From the human T2T-CHM13v2.0 reference genome, Homo sapiens, in the NCBI RefSeq assembly GCF_009914755.1, contig NC_060926.1: 64,000 bases of DNA. The stretch is one strand, 5' to 3'. Positions 1-14,345 of the stretch are shown here, one piece after another. Each line of letters begins with the position of its first letter. The stretch's first letter is position 1. The notes under the pieces were generated by a model. That model saw only the letters and a list, made by a program, of their open reading frames with translations. It did no database searches and was not told where the DNA came from. A program made the position numbers and the translations under genes.

Positions 1-119
1 CAGGTAAATACATAGCGACCTTAACATAAATTATTTTAAATTAATGCCATAAAGGCTAAAACAAAGAGAGAGAGAGAAATCTCTATGCCGTGGGACTTTG
101 AATGCATTTGTGAACTGTT

Positions 120-255
120 GCATTTAATCCATTCATTCATTCCTTTCAATAACAACTGTGTGTCAGGCTCAGTTTTAGGCTCTGAGAGTCCTGCAAAAAA
201 CAAGCAAGGCCCAAAAAACAAAGCCTTCTCTCATGGAAGTAGCATTGTAATTGAC
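120..255 (-). mobile_element. Probable L2 3' end fragment
   Basis: cattcattcattc followed by tgtgtcaggc...ttaggctctgag, resembling an inverted L2 terminus; very diverged. Confidence 0.4.
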
Positions 256-544
256 AGCTAAATCCAAGGATGCTGGAGATCTTCCACATTCTTCTTCCAC
301 TTATGTTCTCAGTGCTCCAAATACTTCTCTTGAAAGTACACTCAAAGCAATTTAAAAGTCACTCCTAAAAATAGTCTGTTACTTTGCAATCACTCATTGT
401 TCTTGAGTAAAACCCAATATTACCCAGTATGGCTGATCTCATTTATCAATAGCCTGGTCAGTGAATTATTTGATTTCCAAAAATTAAATCCACCTTAAGG
501 GACAAAATTGTTCAGAACTAAGCACATTTAAAAAGAAGGCCCCA

Positions 545-905
545 GGCCTGGCACAGTGGCTCACATCTGTAATGCAAGTACTTTGGGAGGCCAAGGAGGT
601 GAACAGTGCTTGAAGCCAGGAGTTTAGGACTAGCCAGGGCCACAAAATAAGACCACTCATCTCTACAAAAAATTAAAAATTTAGCAAGGTGCAGTGGTGC
701 ACACCTGTAGCCCTAGCTACTCAGGAGGCTGAGGCCGGAGGATCATTTGAACCTAAGAGTTGGAGGCTGCAATGAGCTATGATGGTGCCATTGCACTCTA
801 GCCTAGGCAATAGAGTGAGATTCCATCGAAAAGAAGAAGAAGAAAGAAGGAAGAAGAAAGACAAAGATGACGATGACGAAGAAGGAGGAGGAGGAGATTA
901 TCAAT
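545..905 (+). mobile_element. AluJ with trinucleotide-derived tail
   Basis: Full Alu dimer with J-type features (gaggatcatttgaacc, gctatgatggtgcc); TSD aaaaagaagg(c/t)ccca at 530-544 and 906-920. Confidence 0.9.
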
Positions 906-2189
906 AAAAAGAAGGTCCCAGACATTTTGAAGAAGACAGTTCCAAAACATTTCCACAAAAGTTGTGGCAGCCTTACAGTTATCCAGACTATCTTTTTCAA
1001 GGATTCATTTGCATGAAAGTCTCTGTATTTGTTTGCTAAAAAAAAAGGGGGGGTTATACTTTAGAATTATACAGACTCTTTTGTGTAAGTATACTGCCCA
1101 GCAAAACTGACAGAGTGCTGAGTGTGTGGCAAAATGAGTAATTTATTGAATTGAACGAAGAGTCTAAAACGTAGTGGGATGAAACAGATGTATGAGTAGG
1201 GTTATAAGTCTTCTGTTATAGGACACAAATGAAAATCTCCTTAGGGATACTGCTCTACCTGTAATTTATTTCTACATTATTCTTGTGTGTAATATTATTT
1301 TTGGCATGTTAATGTATTGTCAATGAATTCCAATCTGGTGACATGACAAAAGTTGTATTTCATTTTGGAGTGTAAAAAATGTGAAAATCAATTGAATTAT
1401 ATATCAATGACATGCAATGAGAGTAACTAGTATATTCTGTGTAATGTCACTTTTCTGGAATGACTAGCAGCCTAGAGCTATTAGATTAATTGCTAGAGTT
1501 TTATTCTTACTATTATAGTCAGTTGGATTTGCTGAAGTGAGATAAAAACTCAAAGCTCTCTCTTTTTTTCTCCCCCAAAAGAAAGAGAATTTGCCAGAAT
1601 CTGCATAATTTAGATTATTAACTTATTTTCTTGGCATTTGACTGAACCTGTAAGTTTATGCTGGCAAATAAAATAAGCACTGAAAGTTGAAGTCACTCTT
1701 TGATCTAGTAAATAAACCTGCAGAAAATTCAGACTCAATTACTCTTTAAATTTATGACATTTCTAGTATTGTGACAAATACTGCTTTCTCACTGAAAATA
1801 CATGATGTATTCGGTGAGTATGCTTCAAAAATCAATGGGCTGCTTACAAATAAAACCATATTGACATTTTTACATTTTCCTTTTTACATTTGTTTCTTCG
1901 TTCATTTCAATGATCACACGTGGCGTGCAATGACTGAATAGGACTCTATGTACTGTATTGTTTTAGGTGCTATAGTGAATGCAAAGATAAATACAGACTT
2001 AGCCTGGGAAGTGCATAGATTCTGGTACAGAACTGCCATATATAGTTGTACAGGTTGTTCACTGAAAAAGAGTATCCAACTGAAGGGGAAAGTGGGGTCT
2101 AGAGCCCAGCCTACACTCCTTTTACCAAGTTCAAGGTCCTGACACAGGGCCATGACAATCCAGGAGTAGTAGCAGCAGTAGCAGGAGTA

Positions 2190-2385
2190 GGAGTAAGCGC
2201 TAATATTGATTGCAGGATTTCTGCGTCCCAGCCACGGTTCATGTGTGTTTCACGTATTTACTTATGACGACAAGCTGATGTTGTAGGAACTATTACTACT
2301 TGCATTTTATATATGAGAAAACCAAGTACAGAGAAAAATTATTAATTTGCCTGAAGTCAAATAGCTAATAAATGGCAGAACAATT
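2190..2385 (-). mobile_element. MIR fragment
   Basis: cattttatatatgagaaaaccaag...taatttgcctgaagtca...gctaataaatggcaga is an inverted MIR core. Confidence 0.6.
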
Positions 2386-2949
2386 ACTCACTGAGTAATA
2401 CTGTACTCTGTGCCCTAACAAGTCCGATAAGATGGCATTACACAGCATAAGTGACATGAAGGAACGCAATCAAAATGCTGGTGGGAGTTAGGAGAGAGAA
2501 GAAAAAAATGATGCTTCTGTAGAACCTTGTGGAATGTGCAAAATTGTGACCAGCAGGAGGGCCTTTGGGGCAGGGTAAATTGTGTAGAAAAAGGCACAGC
2601 AGCTAGATTCTTAGAATAGTGAAGGAGCTTTGAAGAAAGAGCTTGGAGACCTATCCTAAAATACAGCGTAAACTCCTCTCACCGACGTTAGAGCTTTGAC
2701 ACAGGGCCCCAGTAACGCGGAGTAGTCACGGGAGTAGTAGTGGTAGAAATAAGAGCTAATATTTAAAAGCCAATGGTGGTTTCAGAGTAGGAGTGATCAC
2801 AGGATCAACACTCAGATTTAGGAAGACTTGTAATCCCCCAATACAATGAAGGCTGGAAGGGTGTGGAGGAGGGGAGCAGATAGAAGAAGAAAGATGTGTT
2901 GGTACACTCATTTATTGGCACTTGGCACTTGTGCATCTTTACAAGCCAG

Positions 2950-3259
2950 TTTTCTTTTTTCTTTTTGTTTTTTCTGAGATGGAGTCTCACTCTGTTGCCC
3001 AGGCTGGAGTGCAATATACCACGATCTCCACTCACTGCAACCTTTGCCTCCTGGGTTCAAGCAATCCTCTCACCACAGACTCCTGAGTAGCTGGAATTAC
3101 AGGTGTGTGCCACCATGCCCAGCTATTTTTTGTATTTTTACTAGAGATGGAATTTCACCATGTTGGCCAGGCTGGTCTCGAAATCCTGACCTCAAGTGAT
3201 CTGCCCGCCTCGTCCTCCCAAAATGCTGAGATTACAGGCAGGAGCCACCGCGCCCAGCC
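2950..3259 (-). mobile_element. AluS
   Basis: T-rich tail followed by a full inverted Alu body ending cgcccagcc. Confidence 0.92.
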
Positions 3260-3972
3260 CAGTTTTCTTATTTAATTCAATGAATTCTCTCTATTCAAAG
3301 AACAATATCCAGTTGCTGCTGTTGTGGTTACTTAAATTTCCACGTGCAAAACAAAACAAATGAACACCCAACTAGTCTGCACTGCAGCCAGTGAATCAAA
3401 GCATGTCCTCAGTTGTCATAACATCTCACAGAAGGAAACAGGATTACTATGTAACAAATAATTTGGCCAATACAACTTAAATGATCAAATACGCCAGTTT
3501 TGATCAACTCATTTTTTCCCCTCTTTCTGTACTGATACAACCTTTTTCAAGAGATGAATACACCACAAAACCTGTACCAAGTCATGCTCTGCACGGGACT
3601 GGGAACATAGTAAGAAACTTTTCATTGCCTGTGAAGTAGGAAAGGCAATCACTGTTGAATTGCAATAACCTCAGAATTATAAGGGACCAGGAGTTATTCC
3701 AGTCCCTGCAACTGGATAACCAGCCAGGGGTAACAGCTGAAGCTTCTTTTATTAAGGATTCCCTCTACTAAGGACTCCCTTTTATTAAGGACTCATCTTT
3801 CCATGACATAGACCTTACTGTTTATCTTTGACGGGAGAGCTGTACAGGCTTGTCGAAACCTCACTGACATAGGCAACAGAGGGAGATGGGAAGAAGCTGG
3901 AATTCGGGGGATTACATTAAAAGAAACTGATGTAGGGCCAATTCAGTGTCCAAAATGTTGTGGAAAACTGTC

Positions 3973-4289
3973 TTTTTTTTTTTTTTTTTTTTGAGGGTAT
4001 GGCGGGGAGAGAGTCTTACTCTGTCTTCCAGGCTGGAGTGCAGTGACACAATCATAGCTCACTGCCACCTCAAACTCCTGGGTTCAGGTGAGCCTCCCGC
4101 CTCAGCCTCCTGAGTAGCTGGGACCACAGGTATGCACTACCACGCATCACTAATTACTTTTTTATTTGCTGTAGAGACAAAGTCTTGCTATGTTGCTTAG
4201 GGTGGCCTTGAACTCCTGGATTTAAGCAATCATCACATCTCAGCCTCTCAAAGTGCTGGGATTACAGGCATATGCCACTTTGCCTGGAC
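3973..4289 (-). mobile_element. AluJ
   Basis: Poly-T followed by a diverged inverted Alu (atcatagctcactg, gtcttgctatgttgc). Confidence 0.9.
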
Positions 4290-6199
4290 TGAGAACTAAG
4301 TCTTGCTGTGGGATGACATCAAGCTCTCAGGACATCTAGGCAGAGGGCAGAGAACCGAAGCAGCGAGGGGATCCCCTAAGAAGGTACCATATTAGAGTCA
4401 GATCAGTAAGCCAAATTCAAGCTCCTGGTGATTCAGAACAAGATTCTGTGGGATTGAGAAACAGGGTGCAGCACCCTAAGGGAAGGGAATGGCAAGAGCT
4501 CATTCATAGAGGATTTCAGAGTTACAGCCGAAGGTGCCAGTCCTAATGGGGAACTGGAATGTTGAGCCGGGGAGGCGGACAGAAGTAGCTGTAGTTTGTG
4601 GGCCAATAAAGTGTGTGGGAAGCTGTAACTCCACAGGCATACAGATGACAGTACTCAACCCAAGCAAAACAGAAATGCAATCTAAAACAGCAAATGAATG
4701 CTTTACCCAGCAAGGTAGGTGATTCTGACGTTACCAACAAACCACTTTCCTTGGTCTGGACCAGCAGTAGAGAGGAAAAGGGGAGCACCACCACCCAAAC
4801 AGAGTAATACTCTTTATATTTTGTACATTGCATTTATACTTTGTACATTACAAGTACAGCAATGAGACAGGGGATAGGCACCCAGACGTTACCAAATGTG
4901 ATTTCAGGTTTACTTTGCATGCAGCAGCATTTCTTTCTCTGCATTTTCCAAATGTTCTACAATAAACAGTATTTGTTTCATAAATAAAATAAATAGAAAA
5001 AAATCAAAAAAATATGATTTTATACTCTTATTGCTGAAGAGAAGAGTTACAGAAAGCAGAATGAATGCTTTAGTTTCAAGAAAATACATCCCTGGTTTCA
5101 CTGACCTTGGAAAGTCTACTCTGTTTCTAAATGACAATGTCTTCCAGACCAGAGGCCAGGGTAGGCAGGAGAGAAGGGAGAGGCAAAAGGACTAGGAAAA
5201 GGTGAGAAAGAAAGAGTGAAGCATTGTTCAACAATCTGTGCAAACAATTGGAAAAATAACTTGCCAAAAATATTTTTTAAGAAGAAGGTGCAAAACTTAA
5301 CTGGATAATTATTAATAATAGTCCATGGTGTATAAGTTACAGCTGGGAAACAAGTTTATGGACTGCTAGTACAGGCATTTAGATGACCCAGTTTCAAGGT
5401 GATAGAGCTCAGGAGTCTAACAAGATGAATTTCAAGGTCACAGAAACAATTGATTACACAGCAATCAATGCATTGAACTCATAAAGAAAGGGAATTAGGC
5501 AACTCTACAAGGATTTGAACTCCTGGTTCTGTATGGGGAAATATTTTAAAGTCCATACTTCATCCATGAAGTCATTTTCCTTTCCAGTTGGTGAAACCCT
5601 AAAGGCATTCTGTAAAATTGTAAGACTACAGTGTCCAAGCCATTATATAAAAACAATCAGCCTCATCAAGCTCACTTTAACAATGCCTTTTTGAAAGGGA
5701 GTTTTGCTTTGGGTTTCGAAAGCAATGATGTTCCTGAAATAGTGGGAAGGAAAACTTGCAGTAGAGTTAGAGGCGATAATTTGCATCAGGAGACTAAAAT
5801 ACATAACCCTTTATGTTAAAGGGTAGCTGCCAACAGATGTAGCCAAAGAATCCTACATTTGTTTAAAACAAGTGTTAAAATTAATTGATTTTTTAGAATG
5901 AAAAGAAAGGCTTTGATGGCAAAAAACCTTGAGAAAGTAAAACTTTAAAAGAAGTTTTCTCACATGCAAGTGCTAATGAGTAAAACTACCTCCACTTTGG
6001 AGTTCATTTCATTAATGAGTATTGCATGGAAATTAACATATAATGATCCTATATGTATGCTCTTTCTCGTTATGTTTGTTTCAAGCTCAGGAAGCATGTG
6101 TCTCAAAACTGAGCCTTTTTCAGTATGTACTGAAGCTTTTCTAAAAAATGCATATTTTTCAACTTGGCAATTATTTGAAAATAATTAAGGCTACATTTT

Positions 6200-6560
6200 A
6201 AAACTTTGGCCAAGGATATTAAGGGCAACATTATTGAAAGCATCAAACTGAAAGCATCTTAAATGTCCAACAATAGAGGATAGTTGAAGAAACTGTGGTA
6301 CATTCAGGCAACAGAAAACTCTGTAGCCATTAAAAATAATGTTATGAAGTTATATTTATTGATCTGAAAAGATTTTATGATCATGCTCCATGATCATTAA
6401 CTCATTTTGTGGTGTATATGTGTACATCAAAGAAAGTCTGGAAGCATAAAAAGCAAAATAAGTGTGGCTCTCATTATGTGGTAAGCTTATAGATGATTTT
6501 GCCTATCTTTATACTTGCCTGTATTCCGCATTTTTATACATACAAAATTAATTTGCGATT
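6200..6560 (+). mobile_element. Old L1 (L1M/L1ME-type) 3' fragment
   Basis: aaatgtccaacaatagaggatagttgaagaaactgtggtacattc...gccattaaaaataat resembles the L1 ORF2 end/3'UTR. Confidence 0.6.
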
Positions 6561-6886
6561 TTTTACTAAACCTGATAACCTTATGATAAATAAGTTCGCT
6601 TCAACATGGCTCTAAGCCATATTTAGTTACCTTACTAAGAAAGGCTTTCTATGCTGTACTTAGCAGCTACGCACACAATAAAACCACAGTACAATTAATA
6701 ATAAATCTGATTATGTTAAAGTCTAGTGAAATATTAATCAGCTAAAACACATAGATGATTGATAGATATAATATGATCTCCATTTCACAAACAAGGAATA
6801 CAGGGCTTAGAAGGATAAAGTGACTTCTACAAGATTCACACATCCAGAAAAGTCCTGGTCACGGGGGTGGAAGCTTTAGGATGCCA

Positions 6887-7684
<798 letters not shown>

Positions 7685-7707
7685 TGAAAAAAGAAGAAAT
7701 ACATGAA

Positions 7708-8115
7708 TGTGGGGGGAATGAATTGTATCCCCCCTCCAAAATGTATATGTTGAAGCCCTAACCCCACAATGTGACTATATTTGGAGACAGAGCCTATGAG
7801 GAGTGAATAAAAGTTAAATGAAATCATAAAGGTGAGATCTTATTCTGATAAGGCTAGTACCCTTACAAGAAAAGGAAGAGACCCCAGAGATTGCTCTCTC
7901 GACTCTACCCTAAAGAAAAAAGACCACGTGAGGACAGAGTGAGAAGGCAGCCTGCTACAAGCCACGAAAGAGGCCTCACTAAAAACCAACCCTGATGAAC
8001 CCTTGATCATGAGCCTTCAGCCTCCAGAACTGTGAGAAAATAAATTGCTGTTGTTTAAGCCTCCCAGTCTGTAGTATTGTATTTTTTGTTATGCCAGCCT
8101 GAACTGACTGATAAG
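7708..8115 (+). mobile_element. MaLR solo LTR (MSTD-like)
   Basis: atatgttgaagccctaacccc...cagcctccagaactgtgagaaaataaatt...tttgttatgccagcctgaactgactgata. Confidence 0.82.
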
Positions 8116-8205
8116 TCTCCCAAAGGTATCAATCTAAATAAAGCCTCTCAAAACTTGCTTTTCTACAAAGTCAAATTCAGAATTACAAAGCAAATAAAAA
8201 GGTAT

Positions 8206-8585
<380 letters not shown>

Positions 8586-10769
8586 TTAAACTGACCTTCT
8601 ATCCTGCCATGCCAAACCCCTACCCCTTAAAAATTACCTCCTCCTCAAGGATTTTCTGAAACTAAGGATGGAATAACCATGCACCAATAGATCAAGCCTA
8701 AAACTTAGAAGTTACAGCTTTCCCTGTCACTCATCCCCTAAACCCCAATGGCCACTGTATCCATTGGTGGGCTCCCGGCAGTACACACATTCACATACAC
8801 ACACCACCCGCACACAATGTGTCCCTCTTCTGTTGACCTGGAATGCACTTGCTTAATCCACAAGATTCTACACTTAAAGGCCATGTCAGGCATTTTTGCC
8901 TTTCCATTGTCTGAGCAGATGCTTAGGAAAGGTTTATAGTTGAAAGTCAACTGCTGTTCAACATTGTTTAATTTTCCAAAAACCTTCCTTTATACCTCAT
9001 CCCCAGCAGGACTCAGCATCTCCCTCCCCCAGGGCTTTACCTGAACTTAGTTATAACATATTACAATCATTTTTCTAGGTCTGCCCATCACCTTAGACTG
9101 TGAACTCTTGCAAAGCAACAGTTCAGGGAAAGGCATGGAGACCTCAGAATGTACTGGCATAGACACGATATATCCAGGCATTCAAGCCTATATGGGGATG
9201 GGGGAGGGGGCAGCTGAAACCCCAGTGATTGTGGTGAGGGAACAAGTTTGATCTAATTCCGAAGGCTTAAGTTGGGAGTAGGTTTGGGTATATGAGACTT
9301 CACTCCTCAAGGCCTCCTTCAAAGATACACAGATGCAACTTTGCCTTCGGCTGCCCATGTGTTTTCTGAGCTTATTCTACCTTTAACACTACCAAGAAAG
9401 TAAGACTCAAAAAATCCGGAATTAAAGCACCAGTCTTTAATATTTATTATATACTTTTTTCTTTTTTATTTTTATCAGTTTTCTTTTATTTCCTTTTTTC
9501 CCCTCCACCTCTTCCCATCTGATATTTATTATATATTTTATTAATTTAAGCCTCAGTTTCCTCATCTGTAAAGTGAGAAGCATGAACTAACTAAAGGATT
9601 TCTAAGGTCCTTCCCATTTAAATATTCTCCAAGGCTATAAAGAGAGATTTTTTTGCTTCACTAAGCTATGGCTTAGAAGAGGCTTTCCCTCTGCCTCTGT
9701 CAGTGACTCAAACTGTTCTATCTTGCCATAAGGCTGAGAAAAGACAATAAAGAACCATTTAAGATGTCCCCATTGTTTATAGTACTATAAAGAAATCTTT
9801 TGGAAAAACAACTACTCACCCTGGGCAAACATCGTGTTTCATATGTGAAATACTTGTATATAGATAGCTAGTCTGCCTGTTAAAATAATGCTGCCTCCTG
9901 TATTAATTAGGGTTGTGTTACAAGAAACAGAAAATCTGACTCTGAATAGCTAAGAGGCTAAAAAAATAAAAGGGGGGGGACAAATTTTTGTGGCTATCAT
10001 AATTCAGGATATACTGGCTCTACTGAGCTGAAAGGTGAGTCATTTCCACTGAAGCCACAGGTAGCAATACAACAGGGGAAGGTGAGAAAGTACTTGTGGA
10101 TGCTACAGGAAGTGACAAGTACCTCCAACAGCAATTGCTTCTTCCATCTTTTTTCCCTTTTCTTCTTATTACTTAAATGGATTGCTTTCCAAATAGGTTG
10201 GTTCATTGCCATTGTTTTATTCTGTAAACGTTTAACAAATATTCTACCTGAATCAGCTAAAAATCACATACCCAACATTTAGATTATTAAAAGTTCATTC
10301 TCATTTTAAGATTGATTTTCCTTCTAAATCTCTCTAGATTTATTACAGAAGCATTAGAGAAATCCAAAACTTCTCATTTGGTTAAGCTGTCCTCCTGCTA
10401 AGATGAGATGATGTTCTGTCTTTTCTCAAGTTGGGTCTATGCTTGTAACTTCCCAATTACTTAAGTTGAAAAGAAAAGGGATCATCTGTTTCTGCTGTGA
10501 TACAGAGTCAAAATAAAAATAATTTGCCCAGTAATATACTCTTTGACAAGGTCTCCAGCCTTGCAGCTGCATTTTGCTCTTTGTAAGGCCGTTCAAAATA
10601 ACACAAGGGCCACCCATTGGCAGGTGAATATCTGAAAAATGTTAGAATAATTACGGGGCACTCTTAACAAGTCAATCACTCAGGCATTTTTAAATACTCT
10701 TCTCACCTTATATAAGAATGCAAGGCACTGGGGGAAAGTTTCTTTCTAACAGTTCTCAAGTGTGTAAGC

Positions 10770-10945
10770 TGGAGCCAGTCTATCTGGGTTCAAATTGTCA
10801 AGCAGTATACATGGCCAAACACATCCATCATTTCGTGCCCTGGCCTTTCCATGTGTAAAAATGGGGATAATAACAGTACCTGACTTACAAGGCTGTTTAA
10901 GGATGAAATAAATTAAAACTGGTAGAGCACTTGGCTGATGGTCAT
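10770..10945 (+). mobile_element. MIR fragment
   Basis: ctgggttcaaat...tgtaaaatggggataataacagtacct...ggctgtttaaggatgaaat, the MIR core. Confidence 0.7.
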
Positions 10946-11024
10946 CATTCCAGATACTTTTGTGAAACGTTAATAATTTCTTCCCAAAGATATTTCCTAT
11001 CTTCTTCAATTTGTGTTTATTGAG

Positions 11025-11633
<609 letters not shown>

Positions 11634-12713
11634 TGGAGGAAACATGATATTGATTTTGAAATATTATGACGTACTCTTAGATTTAGGGAAAATAAAAATA
11701 AGAAAGAGAGATGGCTAGCTGGGATTGTTGGAAGAGCTTCTCCATCTTTTCTATGTTACAAGATCTTAGACCTAGATTGTCTACCCAAGGATATATGAAA
11801 TACCCAAAGCAGAGTACTCAACATTCTATCTTAGAATCTTAGTAACCTCATAGTCTAGAAGTTCATAATTGAGATTAGCATCCATCCCAGGACATTTCAA
11901 AATGCAAGGGCAGGTTTTGGCCTGTCAAAATGACTGAGGACGACACCAGGATTTACCGCTCAGGGACTACTAGGGCTACTAAATTCTCTATAACTCCGGT
12001 AGTCCCAGCCACTTGGGAGTCCTGTAAAACTCCATTCTTCATGGAGTTTCACTGAATGAAGAATCATCCTGTCCAAAATGCCAGTGGTGCTCCTTTTAAG
12101 AAACACAGGACCTCCAATCTTTCACTGTTAGGTACCCTGGGGTCATGCAGCCAATGTGAACACATCCAAAAAATATGCCTCAAAAAGCATCACACTCTAC
12201 TCTTGCCTAGTTCAAAATGCTAAACAGTTCTTCTTTATACTGAGCCAGTGAATGTTTGTCCTCTGGTCTTCATCCTGCCTGCTGTGGCCCACAGAATTTG
12301 TGTGGTTATGTGAAAAATGAAACTTTCCAATCCTCAAAACCAATGTAAAGTATTTACAAATTGCTGTGTCAAAGTTGCTGATCTAAGGAGCACCAGATGT
12401 GTCTCCAAACAGTTATTTCTTGGTCTCTCTCTCTCATTCTTGCTCTCACTTTCACTCTCCCCTCTCTCTCTGGCTGTTGGTCTCTCAATAAAAAGGAGAG
12501 TAAAGCACCACAGCTCAGAGAGGCTGCATCCACATTCACTCTGCAGTGAAAAGTAGCTTCCCCTAATGGGATATTAAGTATTTTCTCAACCAGAATTCTC
12601 ATTGGCAGCCAGGGCTCCTGATTAAAGAGTAGCTCTACCATGCCTATGAACTAACTGAGTTTAACAAACCCATTACCTTTAATTCGCATGTTTAAGATCT
12701 ACACAAAGCCCAA

Positions 12714-13076
<363 letters not shown>

Positions 13077-13434
13077 TCATCTTTGCTGTTCACCGTAAAA
13101 GAAACAGAGGCTAAAAAGATACCAAATCAAAGAACTTATCCACTACGCTGGGCTGGAAAATCTACATATGTGATTTGAAAAGCAACTGAACAAGGTCTGA
13201 GAGATAGTTTCTTTGTTGTGGTTATTTTACTTTTTATTAAAGTCTAGCAAATATAGAGAAAAGTGCCCCAATTCAAAGTGCACAGTCCAGAGCCAGTGTT
13301 AATGGTGGAATCTTTCAAATTTGCAAAGAAAAGATAGTTCTCATGCACATTAACATTCTACAGTGCTAATTTTTTAATGTAAAACTATTTTAATTTTATA
13401 AATCAATTATAGTACCAAAACCTGATGAGGAAAG

Positions 13435-13435
<1 letters not shown>

Positions 13436-13472
<37 letters not shown>
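13436..13472. repeat. (GA)n microsatellite
   Basis: About 17 perfect GA units. Confidence 0.95.
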
Positions 13473-13475
<3 letters not shown>

Positions 13476-13529
13476 TAGACTAATGTCACCTGGATATTTA
13501 TTAGAAATTCAAAATAAACAATAAAAATT

Positions 13530-13755
13530 GTGACACTTACTGAACACTTAATAGACACCATTTCCTTGTTGAGACTTAGATATATTATCTTATTTAACAC
13601 TAAGTATACCCATGCAATAGGTATCATTATTCCCATTTTATAGAAGAGAAAGCCAAATTACTAAAGTTTACTAACTAGCCCATAGTCACATAGTGAGTGG
13701 CAGAGCTGAGATTAAAATTCAGTTGGTATTCCAAAGTTCTGGCTCCTAATCACTG
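13530..13755 (-). mobile_element. MIR
   Basis: tattattcccattttatagaagagaaagcc...gtcacatagtgagtggcagagctgagatt. Confidence 0.7.
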
Positions 13756-13859
13756 TTTTCAATTAACAAACTGAATTCAAAAGAATTTGTCAAAATTCAC
13801 TGCTATCTAATAAGGCTTTTTTTTTTCTACAAATGCAAAGAGAGTTTATGGTTTATCAC

Positions 13860-14345
13860 GAGAAAAAATCTACTAATATATTAGATCTCATAAATACAAA
13901 ATACAACAAACCAAAAAAGCAACATAACCAAGATAAATATGTAAATTTAACAAAATTCAACATTCACTCCTCTGAGAAGTGTTTAAAATTAATATGATAT
14001 TAAGAAAATAGATCTGATATTATAGTTAAGTTATATCCATTAAAATTGGTCATAAGGATGTTCACAATCTACCCTATTATTTATTATTGGTCTGAAAATT
14101 CTGACCAATGTTGTAATATAAAAGTTTGAAATAAGAGGCTTAATTTTTTAAATAAGAGAAAAATACATATATGATTGTTTGCAATGGAAACTATTTGCTC
14201 TCTAGAAAACTCCGGAGAATTAACTGAAAACTTATTAGTATTCACAAGATAGTTCAATAAGAAGATTGGATGTAAGATAAACATACAAAAATCAATAGCT
14301 TTCCTGTAGATCAGTGATAACCAGCTAGAAGATATAATTGAAAAT
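13860..14345 (+). mobile_element. Old L1 ORF2 fragment
   Basis: ctagaaaactcc...aaaacttattag...ggatgtaagataaacatacaaaaatcaatagctttcctgta matches the L1 reverse-transcriptase region. Confidence 0.7.

Noticed and set aside
3748-3795. Three imperfect copies of ttattaaggactccct
   Set aside because: Short local slippage duplication with no functional cue.
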